A DNA stretch of 64,000 nt, taken from contig NC_091282.1 in NCBI RefSeq assembly GCF_032444005.1, forward strand, positions 745,054,001-745,118,000, read 5' to 3'. Source of the DNA: Ranitomeya imitator (taxonomy: Eukaryota). The notes under the pieces are model-generated. The model saw nothing but the letters and a program-made list of their open reading frames with translations. It was not told the origin of the DNA and ran no database searches. How positions within the stretch are numbered: the first letter of the stretch is position 1; every line of letters begins with the position of its first letter. A program made the translations under genes and the position numbers. Shown in pieces: positions 12,401 through 24,315 of the stretch.

Positions 12401-13144
12401 ATGTTTACTCGAGGGATTAAAAGGAAGTCCTTGGATCCAGATGTGATTGACAGCTCCTTGGTTGTTGACTTAAAGAGCCTCCCTTCCTATACTCTAGAAC
12501 GGCAGTCTATGTTGGACATGTCACTAGTGAAACTTCAGCTGTGCCACATGCTGGTAGAACCCAACCTCTGCCGTTCGGTGCTCATCGCCAACACGGTCAG
12601 GCAGATACAAGAGGAGATGACTCAAGACGGTAGCTGGCAGTTTTTTCACGTGCACCAAACCGATCATCCGGCTCCTTTGGATCATCTCGTTTCTACTGAA
12701 ATCCTCTGCCGCTCCTCTAAGGATCAAGCGGAAGAGAAACGCATTGACAATTCCTATGTTACCTACAGCAAAGAATTAGAGGTTCAAGAGACTCAGGAAA
12801 TTTCTGAATTGTCCACTGTCACCTCCGTCAAAGCGACACAAAATACTTCAACTGGCTTCTGGGAGATCGAAGGTCCACAGGAAAATAGAGCGAACCTTCA
12901 AAAATCCTTAGACCATATATTCGAAACCTTGGAAAATAGAAACACAAATTCCATGGAGGACTTGTTTTCTGAAGTGGACACTTCTTATTACGACCTTGAT
13001 ACTGTGCTGACGGGGATGATGGGAAATTCTAAGTTGGGCCATTGCGACGTGCTCGAGAGCTTATCGCAGACAGCCGCGGCCACCCACTGCAAATCGGAGC
13101 TCAACGAGATTGATCACATCGTGGAGATCCTTGTAGAGTCCTAA
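12401..13144 (+). CDS. CDCA4: Cell division cycle-associated protein 4 (SERTA domain, TRIP-Br family), 247 aa, single coding exon
   Basis: MFTRGIKRK N-terminus, SLVKLQLCHMLVEPNLCRSVLIANTVRQIQEEMTQDG SERTA domain, YYDLDTVLTGMMG, and IDHIVEILVES C-terminus, all matching CDCA4 as I recall it. A pyrimidine tract and CAG acceptor end at 12394, 6 nt before the ATG; the track's TTG start lies in the intron. Confidence 0.95.
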   Translation: MFTRGIKRKSLDPDVIDSSLVVDLKSLPSYTLERQSMLDMSLVKLQLCHMLVEPNLCRSVLIANTVRQIQEEMTQDGSWQFFHVHQTDHPAPLDHLVSTEILCRSSKDQAEEKRIDNSYVTYSKELEVQETQEISELSTVTSVKATQNTSTGFWEIEGPQENRANLQKSLDHIFETLENRNTNSMEDLFSEVDTSYYDLDTVLTGMMGNSKLGHCDVLESLSQTAAATHCKSELNEIDHIVEILVES

Positions 13145-15814
13145 AGTCGAACCTGTTATGCATGACAGCATGGCTCGGTTAAAGAGCATTCCCGACTTGG
13201 TGTTCTCTTGACAGGTTACCTCAGTCTATCCTGAGTACCAACCAACCAATATGGCAGCCAGTCTACCTTCCCCAAGGGCTTGGCATCCAGCTAGTCTGAT
13301 CCATGTTGAAATGGTGTCTAGACAGGTTTGTCAGTCAGGAACCTGGAAGAATTGGCAACCAACCCCTATTGCACCTAAGGGAAATGTCCATCTTGTGCCA
13401 TAGCTATGTGATTGTTAAATGAGTCTTATTTTCTTAATGTGGTGCCATTAAAGAGTTATTCTCTTTAACGGTTAAAATGGCAACGTGCTTGTAAAAGTGA
13501 AGCGCTTACAAGCTGTTTCCAGTAGAGCTCGTAAGTCCTGCTCTGAAGGTGGCCAGATCCAACACCGCTCCCAAGCTTCAGAGGCAAAGTCCGTCCCAGG
13601 CTGCTCAGCCATCCTAGCTCTTAATCGGGCACATGCCGCCAACCCCCCCCTCCCCTCCCCCCCAGAGAACAGTGGGTTCCTGAAAAGTACTGTTGAGAAA
13701 AACCCCTTTAAAGGGCATTTATGTCACAAGGAAAAACAATGGCTACTTTCTCCCGAAACCAGTGGCACTTTTCACTACGGCCAGTGTCTGCCATTGCAGC
13801 TCGGCCCTTTGCATTTGATTGGAGGCTGAGCTGCGGTGCCAGATGTGGCCTAGGCTTGTTTCATATAAGGCTGAGAATTATTTTTTTAATAAAAAATATA
13901 ATCTCCAGACATACAAGGTGGTGGGGGGACACACAGATGGTTTCTGAATTTGCATGAATTGTCCTGTTTTTTTTTTTTTTCTCCCCAAATCTGCAGCGTT
14001 TTTCAATTTGTTTCAAAAGTGAACCTTTTTGGTGTGGATTTTACCCATTTATAGCAATGGGGACTATTAATTAATCAGAACTAGCTTTCTGTTGCACTTC
14101 CGTCCAAAAATAAAAATGCACAATTCGTAACGGTTTTTATATCCAGAAACCTTGCAGATTTCAGTGGAGAATGAAATGGGTATAATCCATGCCAAGTTCT
14201 CAGCGTGGGAAGGGTCAGGTAATGGCTATATTAAAGGTGTAAATTAGTGCTCTCCAGCTATTGTGAAACTATTCTCCTGACATGCTGAGAGTTGGTTTCC
14301 CAATGGCTTGGGCCGACAGCTGCCATATTTATCATGGGCACAGGTTTAGGATTCTTACACCATAGTGCACACTAGACTTGGGGGCAGTTTTAGGACAGCT
14401 TCGTTGAGGATAACCTATTGTTACAGGGATGATGTCCACATATGTTAATACTTTCTCATTACACTAATCCGCAGTATTTATTTTATATAGTCTATTTTTT
14501 TTTTTTTTTTTTTTTTTCATTCGTAATCCAGTATTTATTTTTCTTATTACCATATTTTATTTTTTCTAATTTCTATAACACCTAATGGCCCATGTACATG
14601 GAACATTTTAATTCCAGACCTGATCGGTGGGACAAGGCTATATTTTTGAGGTTTATGCTAGCATGTACGTTGGTAAGAAGGTGGTGGTATGGGGTCGCTC
14701 ACCGTATTAATTACCATTCCAACCTGTTGGTTTTTAGCTTCCACCTCCATCTTCCCCACCACCACTGTAATGTTAAGGGGTTGTCTGACCTGAAAAAATA
14801 ACCTATAGATGTGTTTAAAGGTGATGTCCCTTTTAGCTATATGTAACATAACACAACATGACTTATTCCTTTTGAAGATCATACAAAGGGACTAGTGGCA
14901 CGTGCTACGGGTGGAAGAAAAGAGATTCTGGAAGCTAAATAGGAAAGGGTTCTTTACAGTTATAGCAGTCACACTGTGGAGTACCGACCACAAGAGGTAG
15001 TAATGGCAGACACTATAGTAGCTTTTTTTTATAAAGGGCTGGATGATTTCTCCAGCAGATGTTATTGTGGGATATAGATAATTTACTGTCAAAAAATGTA
15101 TAATTGGTGGAGAAAGGTTGAACGTTATGGACCCGAGGCTTTCCCCCCCCCCCCCCCCCCCCCCCCCCATCCTATGTAACAAAGTGAGCTTTACTTACGC
15201 TGCCTCTCGTCTGCTGCCAGAGTCTCTTGATCGGCTGCAGCGGTTAGACAGATCACTGACTTCAGATGATGTAGAGCACCGAAGCCCCTGAGCTCAGTGA
15301 TTGACTACAGCGCAGTTGACGTTGAGTGCTGAAGACTCTACACTGGGTTAAGTGACCTCACCGCTGCAGCAGAAGATCGTCAGCGCTGGACCTGCCAATG
15401 TAGAGGGCACGATCTGCTGAGCTCAGTGATTGACTGCAGCACTGTCGACATGGCTTCCTTGCTGCAGCTGATCAACTGAGACCAAGGGATGGAAGGGCGA
15501 GTAGAGCTCAAATTTATGTTTTACATATCACTGAGCCGAGTTGCTGAAAGGGGACAATCCTTGTGAAATACCAATTCCCTTATGTGCTGGTTTTGTGTCG
15601 CTGATCATCCCTTGTCCCGGCAGCTCTATTTCTGCATTGGGGCACAAGAGCATTTCTAGTCTGGTCATGTACTCCTTGCTGTGCGTGAATGGGCTGGCTG
15701 AGTGGCTTATTCTTATAGCTAAGCCAGCACCACCTGCCATTGTGGATTCATAGAGAAGGAGACAGGCTTAGCTGTTGAAATGAGCCATTCGGTCAGTGTC
15801 CCTCATATAAAGTT

Positions 15815-15990
15815 CGAAGGCAATAAGATGTGTAATTGTGTCCTAAACGGTAAAACACTGGGTGGAATGGTAACTTTAAAAGACTTGGGTTTATCACTGG
15901 ACCCCAAACTCCACTTTAGTGACCAGTGGCAGGCTGCTGCTGCCGCCAAGGCTAATAAAACAATGGGATGCATTAAGAGGTCTAGGTGCA
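15815..15990 (+). mobile_element. Degenerate CR1 ORF2 fragment within the putative CDCA4 3'UTR
   Basis: GCAGGCTGCTGCTGCCGCCAAGGCTAATAAAACAATGGGATGCATTAAGAG resembles the CQAAAAKANRIMGCIKRG segment of the intact CR1 at ~32300-32350. Confidence 0.7.
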
Positions 15991-18035
15991 AGTCAGTAGT
16001 AAGGCCACAGCTGCATAGAATAACCCGAGTCTTCTTCCCTTCGTAGCGTTGGTTGCGCTGAAAGTATACTAGTTAAATGGATAGATTTTAAAACTTGGCT
16101 TTTATGCTAAGTCATATTACAAGCAAGACTCGTTAAAGGGTTGATTGTGACTTGTAGGATCGCTACTTCCAACAGGTGGCGCTATAGAGTTCAGGCCCTC
16201 TTTCTCTCTGAAGAGGCCATTTGCATATAGATTATAAAACACATCTAAAGTACTTAGTTTCTAGCTGGACAACCCCTTAATAGCCAAAAGTGGATTTGAG
16301 TGGGAAAAGTTTTTTTTTTTTTGTTCTTCTTTCCATGCTTGGGATCCATAATACTGCACCTTGTGAATAAGGTGTTAAGACTGACTCAACTGACGTTTTT
16401 TTTTTTATTGCCAAAATGTCAGCTGTCATAATGCAAATAGGTTTGATATTAAAGGGGTATTCCAGCTGCCAAGGTGATGGCTTGTCTGAAAGGCGGGGTG
16501 TGTTTGGAGCACTTACGTGGTTATTGTTGACGGCTGGGATACGCTTTCATTTTATGATTTCTGAGATATTAGAAGAGGTGCATCAGTGAGGGTCCATGGG
16601 GTGACTGCCCGCCAGTCACTGCAAGCTCCTCTGTTCCCCCGAGTGGACACATCCAGTGATCTTACCATTGTGATTCTTTACGTGCACTTAAAGCAATAAT
16701 CCTTCGTGCAGGTTGATTGAAAAGTTGACAAGCTGCAATGTATTCACGGTTCACGCATCTACAAAAGGTTTACATATTGTTGTAAATTTGGGGGGGGGGG
16801 GGGGGGGGTCTTAAAGGGGTTGTCACGTTAAACAAAATCTCACCGCCAATTCACAGGCCAGATAAATGTGACTGCTGGTGTTTTCCCACCAATCGCAATA
16901 ACAGGAGTCCTGTGAGAATGGAGCACTATTGCGCATATATGATCCCTGGCTCTAATCATTGCTATGGGCATGTGACCACCATTTTCCTAGGAAGTGAATG
17001 CGGTGGTGGTCAGGCTCATTGCCACTCTATTCACAAAGGGGGCTTTGGGATTCCCCATTCTCGTGATCCAATGGATAGGTGACAAATGTTTTATAGGACT
17101 TTCCCCCGAGAAGAGAAAACGTATACGTGATTTGCACTTATACATTCGTTATAGAGTGTATCTTACCCTCTTTAGTTCCTAAGGATCTTCTATATGTACA
17201 GGATTTTTTATTTTGTAGAAAGATAATCCATTTTAGTAGAATGGATTTTGCATTTTTTTTTGTAGCATGATCACAAATACTGAGCTTAAAATGCTGGGGG
17301 GGGGGGGGGGTTTGCAGCAAATTTACTCACACTAGGTCAGCCAGTCCTGGGTGTTATAACTGTGTTACATAGCTGCTGCGGGCATCGGTCTTAACAGGAC
17401 ACTAAAGAAAAAAAAATCAGGTCATCATGATCATCTCCACCGGTGTCACATACCTTTACTATACACATATCAGGAAAAATCTATTTTCTTTCCTTTTTTT
17501 ATCATTTTGGATAAAATTTAAGATTGGGTCAGTTTCATACTTCTGACATTCCTAGTCCAAATCCAGACTGACCGCAGGCCTCCTGACCTGGACGGGCTTG
17601 TGAAACTAGCCGAAGGCCACAAGCACACGTTCAGTATTTTTAAGCTAAAATCAGGTGGAACTATTGGGGGGGTATAATAGAAACCCGTCACCACTTCTGT
17701 ATTATCACCACTCCTGGTTTTGGCTTATAAATGCTGACGAAACATGTGAATGTGGCCTAAGACAGAATAAGTTACTGATGTGCCTTTAAGTCTTCCATAA
17801 ATCAGGATAAGCAGCTATTTTGTGTCCACTCCACAAAACACCAGGTATATTTGGCTTTATGCGCCAGGAGCCTATAAGCACTTGTAGAAATGTTATCTGG
17901 ACTCCCTTGGATATTACATGTGCACTTGGCCCTGATTTATCTGTACATGACAGTATTGGACTATCTTGCTTTTTTTTTATAGCCTGCTTTGTAATGTTAT
18001 ATGTACAATTTTGCAATGAATGTAGTTTAAGTATG

Positions 18036-18080
18036 TTTTATTAATAAAAAGTCTTTTTGAATTCTTTCATTTGTGCTTTT
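18036..18080 (+). terminator. Candidate CDCA4 polyadenylation signal
   Basis: AATAAA at 18043-18048 followed by a GT/T-rich tract, at the end of a repeat-poor AT-rich stretch. It implies a ~4.9-kb 3'UTR, which is not proven. Confidence 0.5.
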
Positions 18081-18488
18081 ATATTAGATCAAAACATTTA
18101 ACGAGGACCCGTCACCGGTAATGTGTCCAGTTTATGCTGTTTTATTCCCACTGTTCCTCCTAGTTGTTTTTTTTTTTTTTTTCGTAATCCGCCATACAGT
18201 TCCAGAGATACAGGCCTTTTTATTTAGTGCTAATTGTTGTTTTTTTTTAACCAAGGAGGCATGGTTCACAGCGTAATACTGTGCAGCCTAAAGACCTGCC
18301 CCTGAGAATCTTGTGAGCCATGCCCCTTTAAAGACTATAAATTGGCACTAAATTAAAAAGTATTATATCTGTGAAACTATATGGCTGTTAAAAAAAAAAG
18401 AATGAAATTTAAGGAAAAGTGTCTCCTGAAAAAATGCTTTGAACCTGCAGATATGGGGTTAATTTAACCTGCCTGGTACCCGCACTTA

Positions 18489-18764
18489 GGCTACGTTCAC
18501 ACTAGCGTTGCGCCGCCCTGCGTCGGCGACGCAACGCACGAAAAAACGCGCGTTTTGCGACGCGTGCGTCGTTTTTTGACCAAAATCGGACGCACAGAAA
18601 ATGCAACTTGTTGCATTTTCTTGCGTCCGACGCTAGCGTCGGAAACGACGCAAGTGTCGAAAAACGCCACCCTAAAAACGCACGCGTCCCCTATGTTAAA
18701 CATAGGGGCGCGTCGCCGGCGCAACAGCGACGCACATTGGCAGAACGCCAATGTGAACGTAGCC
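18489..18764. mobile_element. Harbinger-type MITE
   Basis: Ends GGCTACGTTCACA and TGTGAACGTAGCC; TTA TSD at 18486-18488 and 18765-18767. Confidence 0.88.
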
Positions 18765-19093
18765 TTAGCCGAACGCTTCTGGGAGAAAATGTTAACTTTT
18801 TTCCCCCGAAGTGTCCCAGTTTCAGTCACGAGGGCGGCACTTGTCCAGTCACCGCTCCGAGTATACAGATCAGCTGTCATGTGCCCGGAAAGGTGCAGGC
18901 TTAGCACCAGAACCAAACGGGCAGTCTTGACATTGCGTACTATTACGCCTGATGTTGGAAAGGGGTTAATAATAGCTCATAGTTGTTTGCTTAGTCTTTA
19001 CTAGTTAGTTTACGGGGACTCTTGAAAAGACCGTATCCCACCTATAAATTATAACCAACAAAGGCTAAACGGACAGCTGTGGGTTGATATTAA

Positions 19094-20383
19094 CCCTCCG
19101 TCACATACAATATTCGGACTAACGAGTTCACATACAATGTGCCTGTCACGCGCCTGCTGGAAAAATACCTATAATATCTAATGTTTGCAATTTCAGTGCT
19201 CTAAAAGTGATCAGTGACCTTCATAAGGATGTAATAAAAGAGACTACACATAATCAGTTGCAAAAAAACCATTTACTTAACATAAAACTAATAACTATGA
19301 AATACAAACTTTTCAAAACTCCCACCAAATAGTCCCCAGTTCGACTCTCTCAAAAAAATGTACAAAGAAAATTTTTGAACACTAACTTAATTTTAAGGTA
19401 CCTTAAGTACTATTAAAAACATATTCAATCAGAAGTAGATGCTGAGGTTTCCCCAGAAAAGTCACACTTGCAGAGCAAATAGCAAGAATTACACACCATT
19501 TTTGCATGTGTCAGGCAAATTGCTTTATGACATTTGAGACATTCATAATTTGAAAGCCTTCTGGTTCCGCTTTCCGTTTGGCAGGTGGTGCATCTCCTTC
19601 TTTTGTGAGGTGGTGCAGATGGTGACTTTTCACCATCATCTTCTGGGCGGAACCTTTTGAGCTGAACTTGAAGGCGAGAGGGGATACCGATTGTTTTCAC
19701 GCTTCTCCTGCGTAGCTCTCCAAGTACTAGTTCATGGGCCAATTTTTTCAGATAATCGTCTACGGAGTGGTTCAAGCTTGTTTTCAAGATCCCTGTCACC
19801 ACTGTCACCATCTTGCTCTGTTTCAGAATCCAGGACACATTCTTCCACCTCATCATGAGAATCAATCTCACTTACCTCTCCTAAATCCTCATTCAGTGTG
19901 AGGTCTCTATCATCTAACAGCATGTTTGTTACTTCCTCAACATCAAGTTGTTTGGATAAATTGTACATTTTCCTCCCCATTTCAGCAGATAATCTGAAGC
20001 AAGAGAAGGAATATGTTAGGGAACTACTGTATATGCCTGAGCAGCACACTTTCTTTTATAAAATCTCCCTTATTTCTATGAAATATCCTCACATTTTGTG
20101 CTATACATTCATAAAACAAGCTAAATAAACTATTGTGATGAATAAAAACATAAAATACCAACCTTACTGAATGTGACGTATTCACATACAATGAGCCTGA
20201 GAGATCTGTGCAGCTATATCCTCTCCCCTGAAGCTCTGAAATCCAACTGTGATATCAGGTTTCACAGACCTTCAAGAGACAGGAGACTACCTGGAGGGAG
20301 GGGGTTTCCTCACAATCTGGTGAGGAAGGAGAAATGAAAGTAAAAGAGAAGCGCCTGTCAGATCAGTTGTATGTGACGGAGGG
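19094..20383 (-). mobile_element. Internally deleted piggyBac element retaining the acidic N-terminus and C-terminal cysteine-rich domain
   Basis: Perfect 17-bp TIR CCCTCCGTCACATACAA with TTAA TSDs (19090-19093, 20384-20387). The CRD RRRCTTC...YECLKCHKAICLTHAKMVCNSC is encoded at 19425-19620. No DDD core. Confidence 0.92.
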
Positions 20384-22057
20384 TTAATAGCCTGGGAAGA
20401 GGTCAGGAATATTGGCTTCCCTCCGAGGCTACAGCCCTCAGCCACCCTAAAAATGGCGCATACATAAATGTACCAAATCTGGTGCTTGGTTTCACTCTTC
20501 CCATTGCCCTGGTGCGGGAGCAAGTGGGGTAATATGACTGGGGTTGATGTCAGCTTTGTATTGTCAGGTGACATCAGTCCCAGGGGTTGCTGAAGGAGAA
20601 GCATTTATAAGACGCCCACATTACTAACCCCATAGTCATTGTAAAGGACTTTATTCTGGCTGTCACTTTTAATTTAAATAAACACACCGCACCCTCATTT
20701 TCCCATTTATTACTATGAAAATGATTAAACATTTTCTTCACCTGAGAACAATCCATTTGTTCCATAAAGAAGTCCAGCTCTGCCACATCTGGATTACATG
20801 GCTGAGCACTGGCATGATGCGACCGCTCAACTGTAAGGGGGTCGACAGCACTGCCGGTTCCTGTGTGCCGGGTCTGGAACTAGAGAGGCTACATTCCCCT
20901 GTTCCTGGGGGGAAAGCCTGAGTGAGCCGGACCTTCCCCTTTTGCCAAGGGGAAGTCCTGGGGAGGCGAACCTTCCTGCTGACCGAGGGGGGCTGAGAAA
21001 GCGTGCGCAGCAGTGAGGGGACAAAAGAGAAAAGCACGCTCACGAGGTCAGTTTGGCGCGAGCGCAGAGCAGGGAGCGGCGCGCTCTGCTTTCCCTGCCC
21101 TCACCACAGAGCCCCCGCGCTGCGATAGGCCACACTGACAGGGTCCCCCAATGTCTGTAGAGGGACTGCTGCACTGAGGAGAGCTGGGAGTGCCAGGTGG
21201 AACCGTTGTAGAGCCTGCAGAGCCAGGTGTGCGCAGCCGCAAACTGAGAGGAGTGCTCCGTCCTAAGAGCACCAGCTTCGTGCAGGCAAGTGTTCGCCAT
21301 CGCCAGCAGCAGAGACCAGAGAGGGAGAGGAACAGGCAGTGTGCCCGATGCCTACAGAGAGAAGGTGCAGGGTGCCGGTGACCCACAGAGAGAAGCTGTG
21401 CATCAGTGGTTGTCGGTACTTGAGTCTTGGCATGAACAGGCAGCGCGCAGCATAAAGAGGAAAGTACATCGCGACCAGAGAACAAGGTGCCGTATGCTCA
21501 ATGTCCGTGAGTACAGTACATGTGCCACATAAGAGTGACCACATACGGGACTGACGTCAGTGACTACATTTACCCAGCCAGTCAACATTTGTGACTATTA
21601 TTTTTATAGCACCATTATCCCCTTCCTGACATGTGCCATACTAGTACTTCTCTGCGGGAACTGCGTTCCCACAAACCACAGTACTAGTACGGCGGCACGG
21701 TCACATACAACTGCCATCCCGCAGCAAGGCCCACGATTGGTGCTAGCACTGATCATGGCCATATAACCCCTCTGATGCCGCTGTCAGTAGTGACAGCAGC
21801 ATAGATAACAATTGCGCAGGGAGGGGGCTCCCTGCACTCTCCCACCGGAACAAAGCGATGCAATGGCGTTCCAGAGGCCTCCATGGAGACCCCGGCTCCA
21901 AAATGGCTACGGGGTCCTTCAGTGAGATGGCTTCTCAGTGCCTGATGAGAGGAGGTGCCAGCAAGCCTCCTGCACTGCCTGTCAGATCCCTGATCTGACA
22001 CAGTGTTATGCAAAGTAATAGTAATGTCCCAACCTGAGACAATGTTATAAAGTTTAA

Positions 22058-23262
22058 CCCCTTTCTGACCTCGGACGGGATAGTACGTCCGAGGTCAGAA
22101 CCCCCGCTTTGATGCAGGCTCCGGCGGTGAGCCTGCATCAAAGCCGGGACATGTCAGCTGTTTTGAACAGCTGACATGTGCCCGCAATAGCGACGGGTAG
22201 AATCGCGATCCACCTGCCGCTATTAACTAGTTAAATGCCGCTGTCAAACGCTGACAGCGGCATTTAACCGGCCATCGGGCCGGAAATGAGCGCATCGCCG
22301 ACCCCGTCACATGTTCGGGGGTCAGCAATGCGTCAGCATAGTAACCATAGAGGTCCTTGAGACCTCTATGGTTGCTGATGCCGGATTACTATGAGCGCTA
22401 CCCTGTGGTCGGCGCTCATAGGAATGCAGGATTTCAGCTACATAGGAGCGATCTGATGATCGCTCCCATGTAGCTGAGCCAATCGAGTTGGAGAGGGAAA
22501 AGGGGAAAAAAATGTGGAAAAAAAAATATGTAAGTTTAAATCACCCCCCTTTCGCCTCATTCAAAATAAAACAAAAAAAAAAATCAAACCTACACACATT
22601 TGGTATCGCCCGATCTATCAATAAAAAAAAAAATTAACCTGATCACTAAATGGCGTAGCGAGAAAAATTCGAAACGCCCGAATTACGTTTTTTTGGTCGC
22701 CGCGACATTGCATTAAATGCAATAATGGGCGGTCAAAAGAACATATCTGCACAAAAGTTGTTTCATTAAAAATGTCAGCTCAGCACGCAAAAAATAAGCC
22801 CTCACCCGACCCCAGATCACGAAAAATGGAGACCCCAAAGGTATCGGAAAATGGCACCCTTTTTTTGTGCAAAGTTTGGAATTTTTTTTCACCACTTAGA
22901 TAAAAAAATAACCTAACCTAGACATGTTTGGTGTCTATGAACTCGTAATGAGCTGGAGAATCAGAATATCAGGTCAGTTTTAGCATTTAGTGAACCTAGC
23001 AAAAAAGCCAAACAAACAAGTGTGGCATTTGCACTTTTTTTTGCAATTTCACCGCACTTGGAATTTTTTTCTTGGTTTTCAGTACACGACATGCTAAAAC
23101 CAATGATGTTGTTCAAAAGTAAAACTCGTCTCGCAAAAAATAAGCCCTCACATGGCCATACTGACGGAAAAATAAAAAAGTTATGGCTCTGGGAAGGAGG
23201 GGAGCGAAAAACGAACACGGAAAAACGAAAAAAAAAAAACAAAAACAAAGGTCATGAAGGGG
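22058..23262 (-). mobile_element. Non-autonomous TTAA (piggyBac-type) element, same family as 49278-50567
   Basis: Ends TTAA|CCCCTTTCTGACC and GGTCATGAAGGGG|TTAA; internal sequence is the reverse complement of the 49278 element. Confidence 0.85.
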
Positions 23263-24315
23263 TTAAAAAAATTAGAATGTGTAAAGTTTTTTTTTTTTTA
23301 AATCCCCAAATAAAATTTTTTTTTCCAATAAATCCATCTATTTATGTAAATAAAAGTGCACATATTTGGTATTGCCACGTCCGTAATAACCCGCTCTATA
23401 AAATTATTCCACTAGTTAACCCCTTCAGTGAACACGGTAAAAATAATTAAAAAGTGGCAAAAAACAATGCTTTATCATACTGCTGAACAAAAAGTGTGAT
23501 AAAAGACAGATGTAAATAAAAATGGTACCACTGAAAGTCATCTTGTTCCACAAAAAACAAGCTGCCATACAGCATCATCAGCGAAAAAATAAAGTTATAG
23601 CTCAGAATAAAGCGATGCAAAAATAATTATTTTTTCTATAAAATATTTTGTGGAAAAGCACCACAACATGAAAAAAGGATATGTGAGGTAACGCTGTAAT
23701 TGTACTGACCTGAAGAATAAAGCTGCCTTATTAATTTTACCCCACGGAGAACGGTATAAAAAAATTATATATAAAAAAAAATTTTAATTGCTTGTTTTTG
23801 TTCATTCTGCCTCCCAAAAATCGGAATAAAAAGCGATCAAAAAATGTCATGTGCCCGAAAATGGTGGCAATAAAAATGACAACTCGTCCTGCAAAAAACA
23901 AGACATACCATGAGGCCGGCTTCACACTCGCGAGTTTTACGGACGTAAGAGAGGTGCAGAAAATACGGATTGCACACGGTACAATGCATCTCTATGGCCA
24001 AGCTTCTATCTGCCATATTTTACGGTTCCGTATTATACGGTCTTCTACGGCCGTAGAAAATCACAGCATGCTGCGTTTGTCACCGTATTGCGCAAAAAAA
24101 TCGCCAATGAAAGTCTATGGGGGCGAGAAATATACGGATTACACACGGACCAACAGTGTGACTTGTGTAAAATATGCCAGACATCTCCAGACATCGCCAG
24201 GTGCAAGGAATTGAGCCAAGCCCTCAATCATGAAACTCAGACATGCTAATTAGCTCAAAAAGCCACACAGACATCCCGGAAGTCTGGTGCTCGCCTCCAC
24301 AGAGTTCCAAGCAGC

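Noticed and set aside
17730-17750. CTGACGAAAC as another hammerhead
   Set aside because: There is no helix II between the core segments and no helix I partner.
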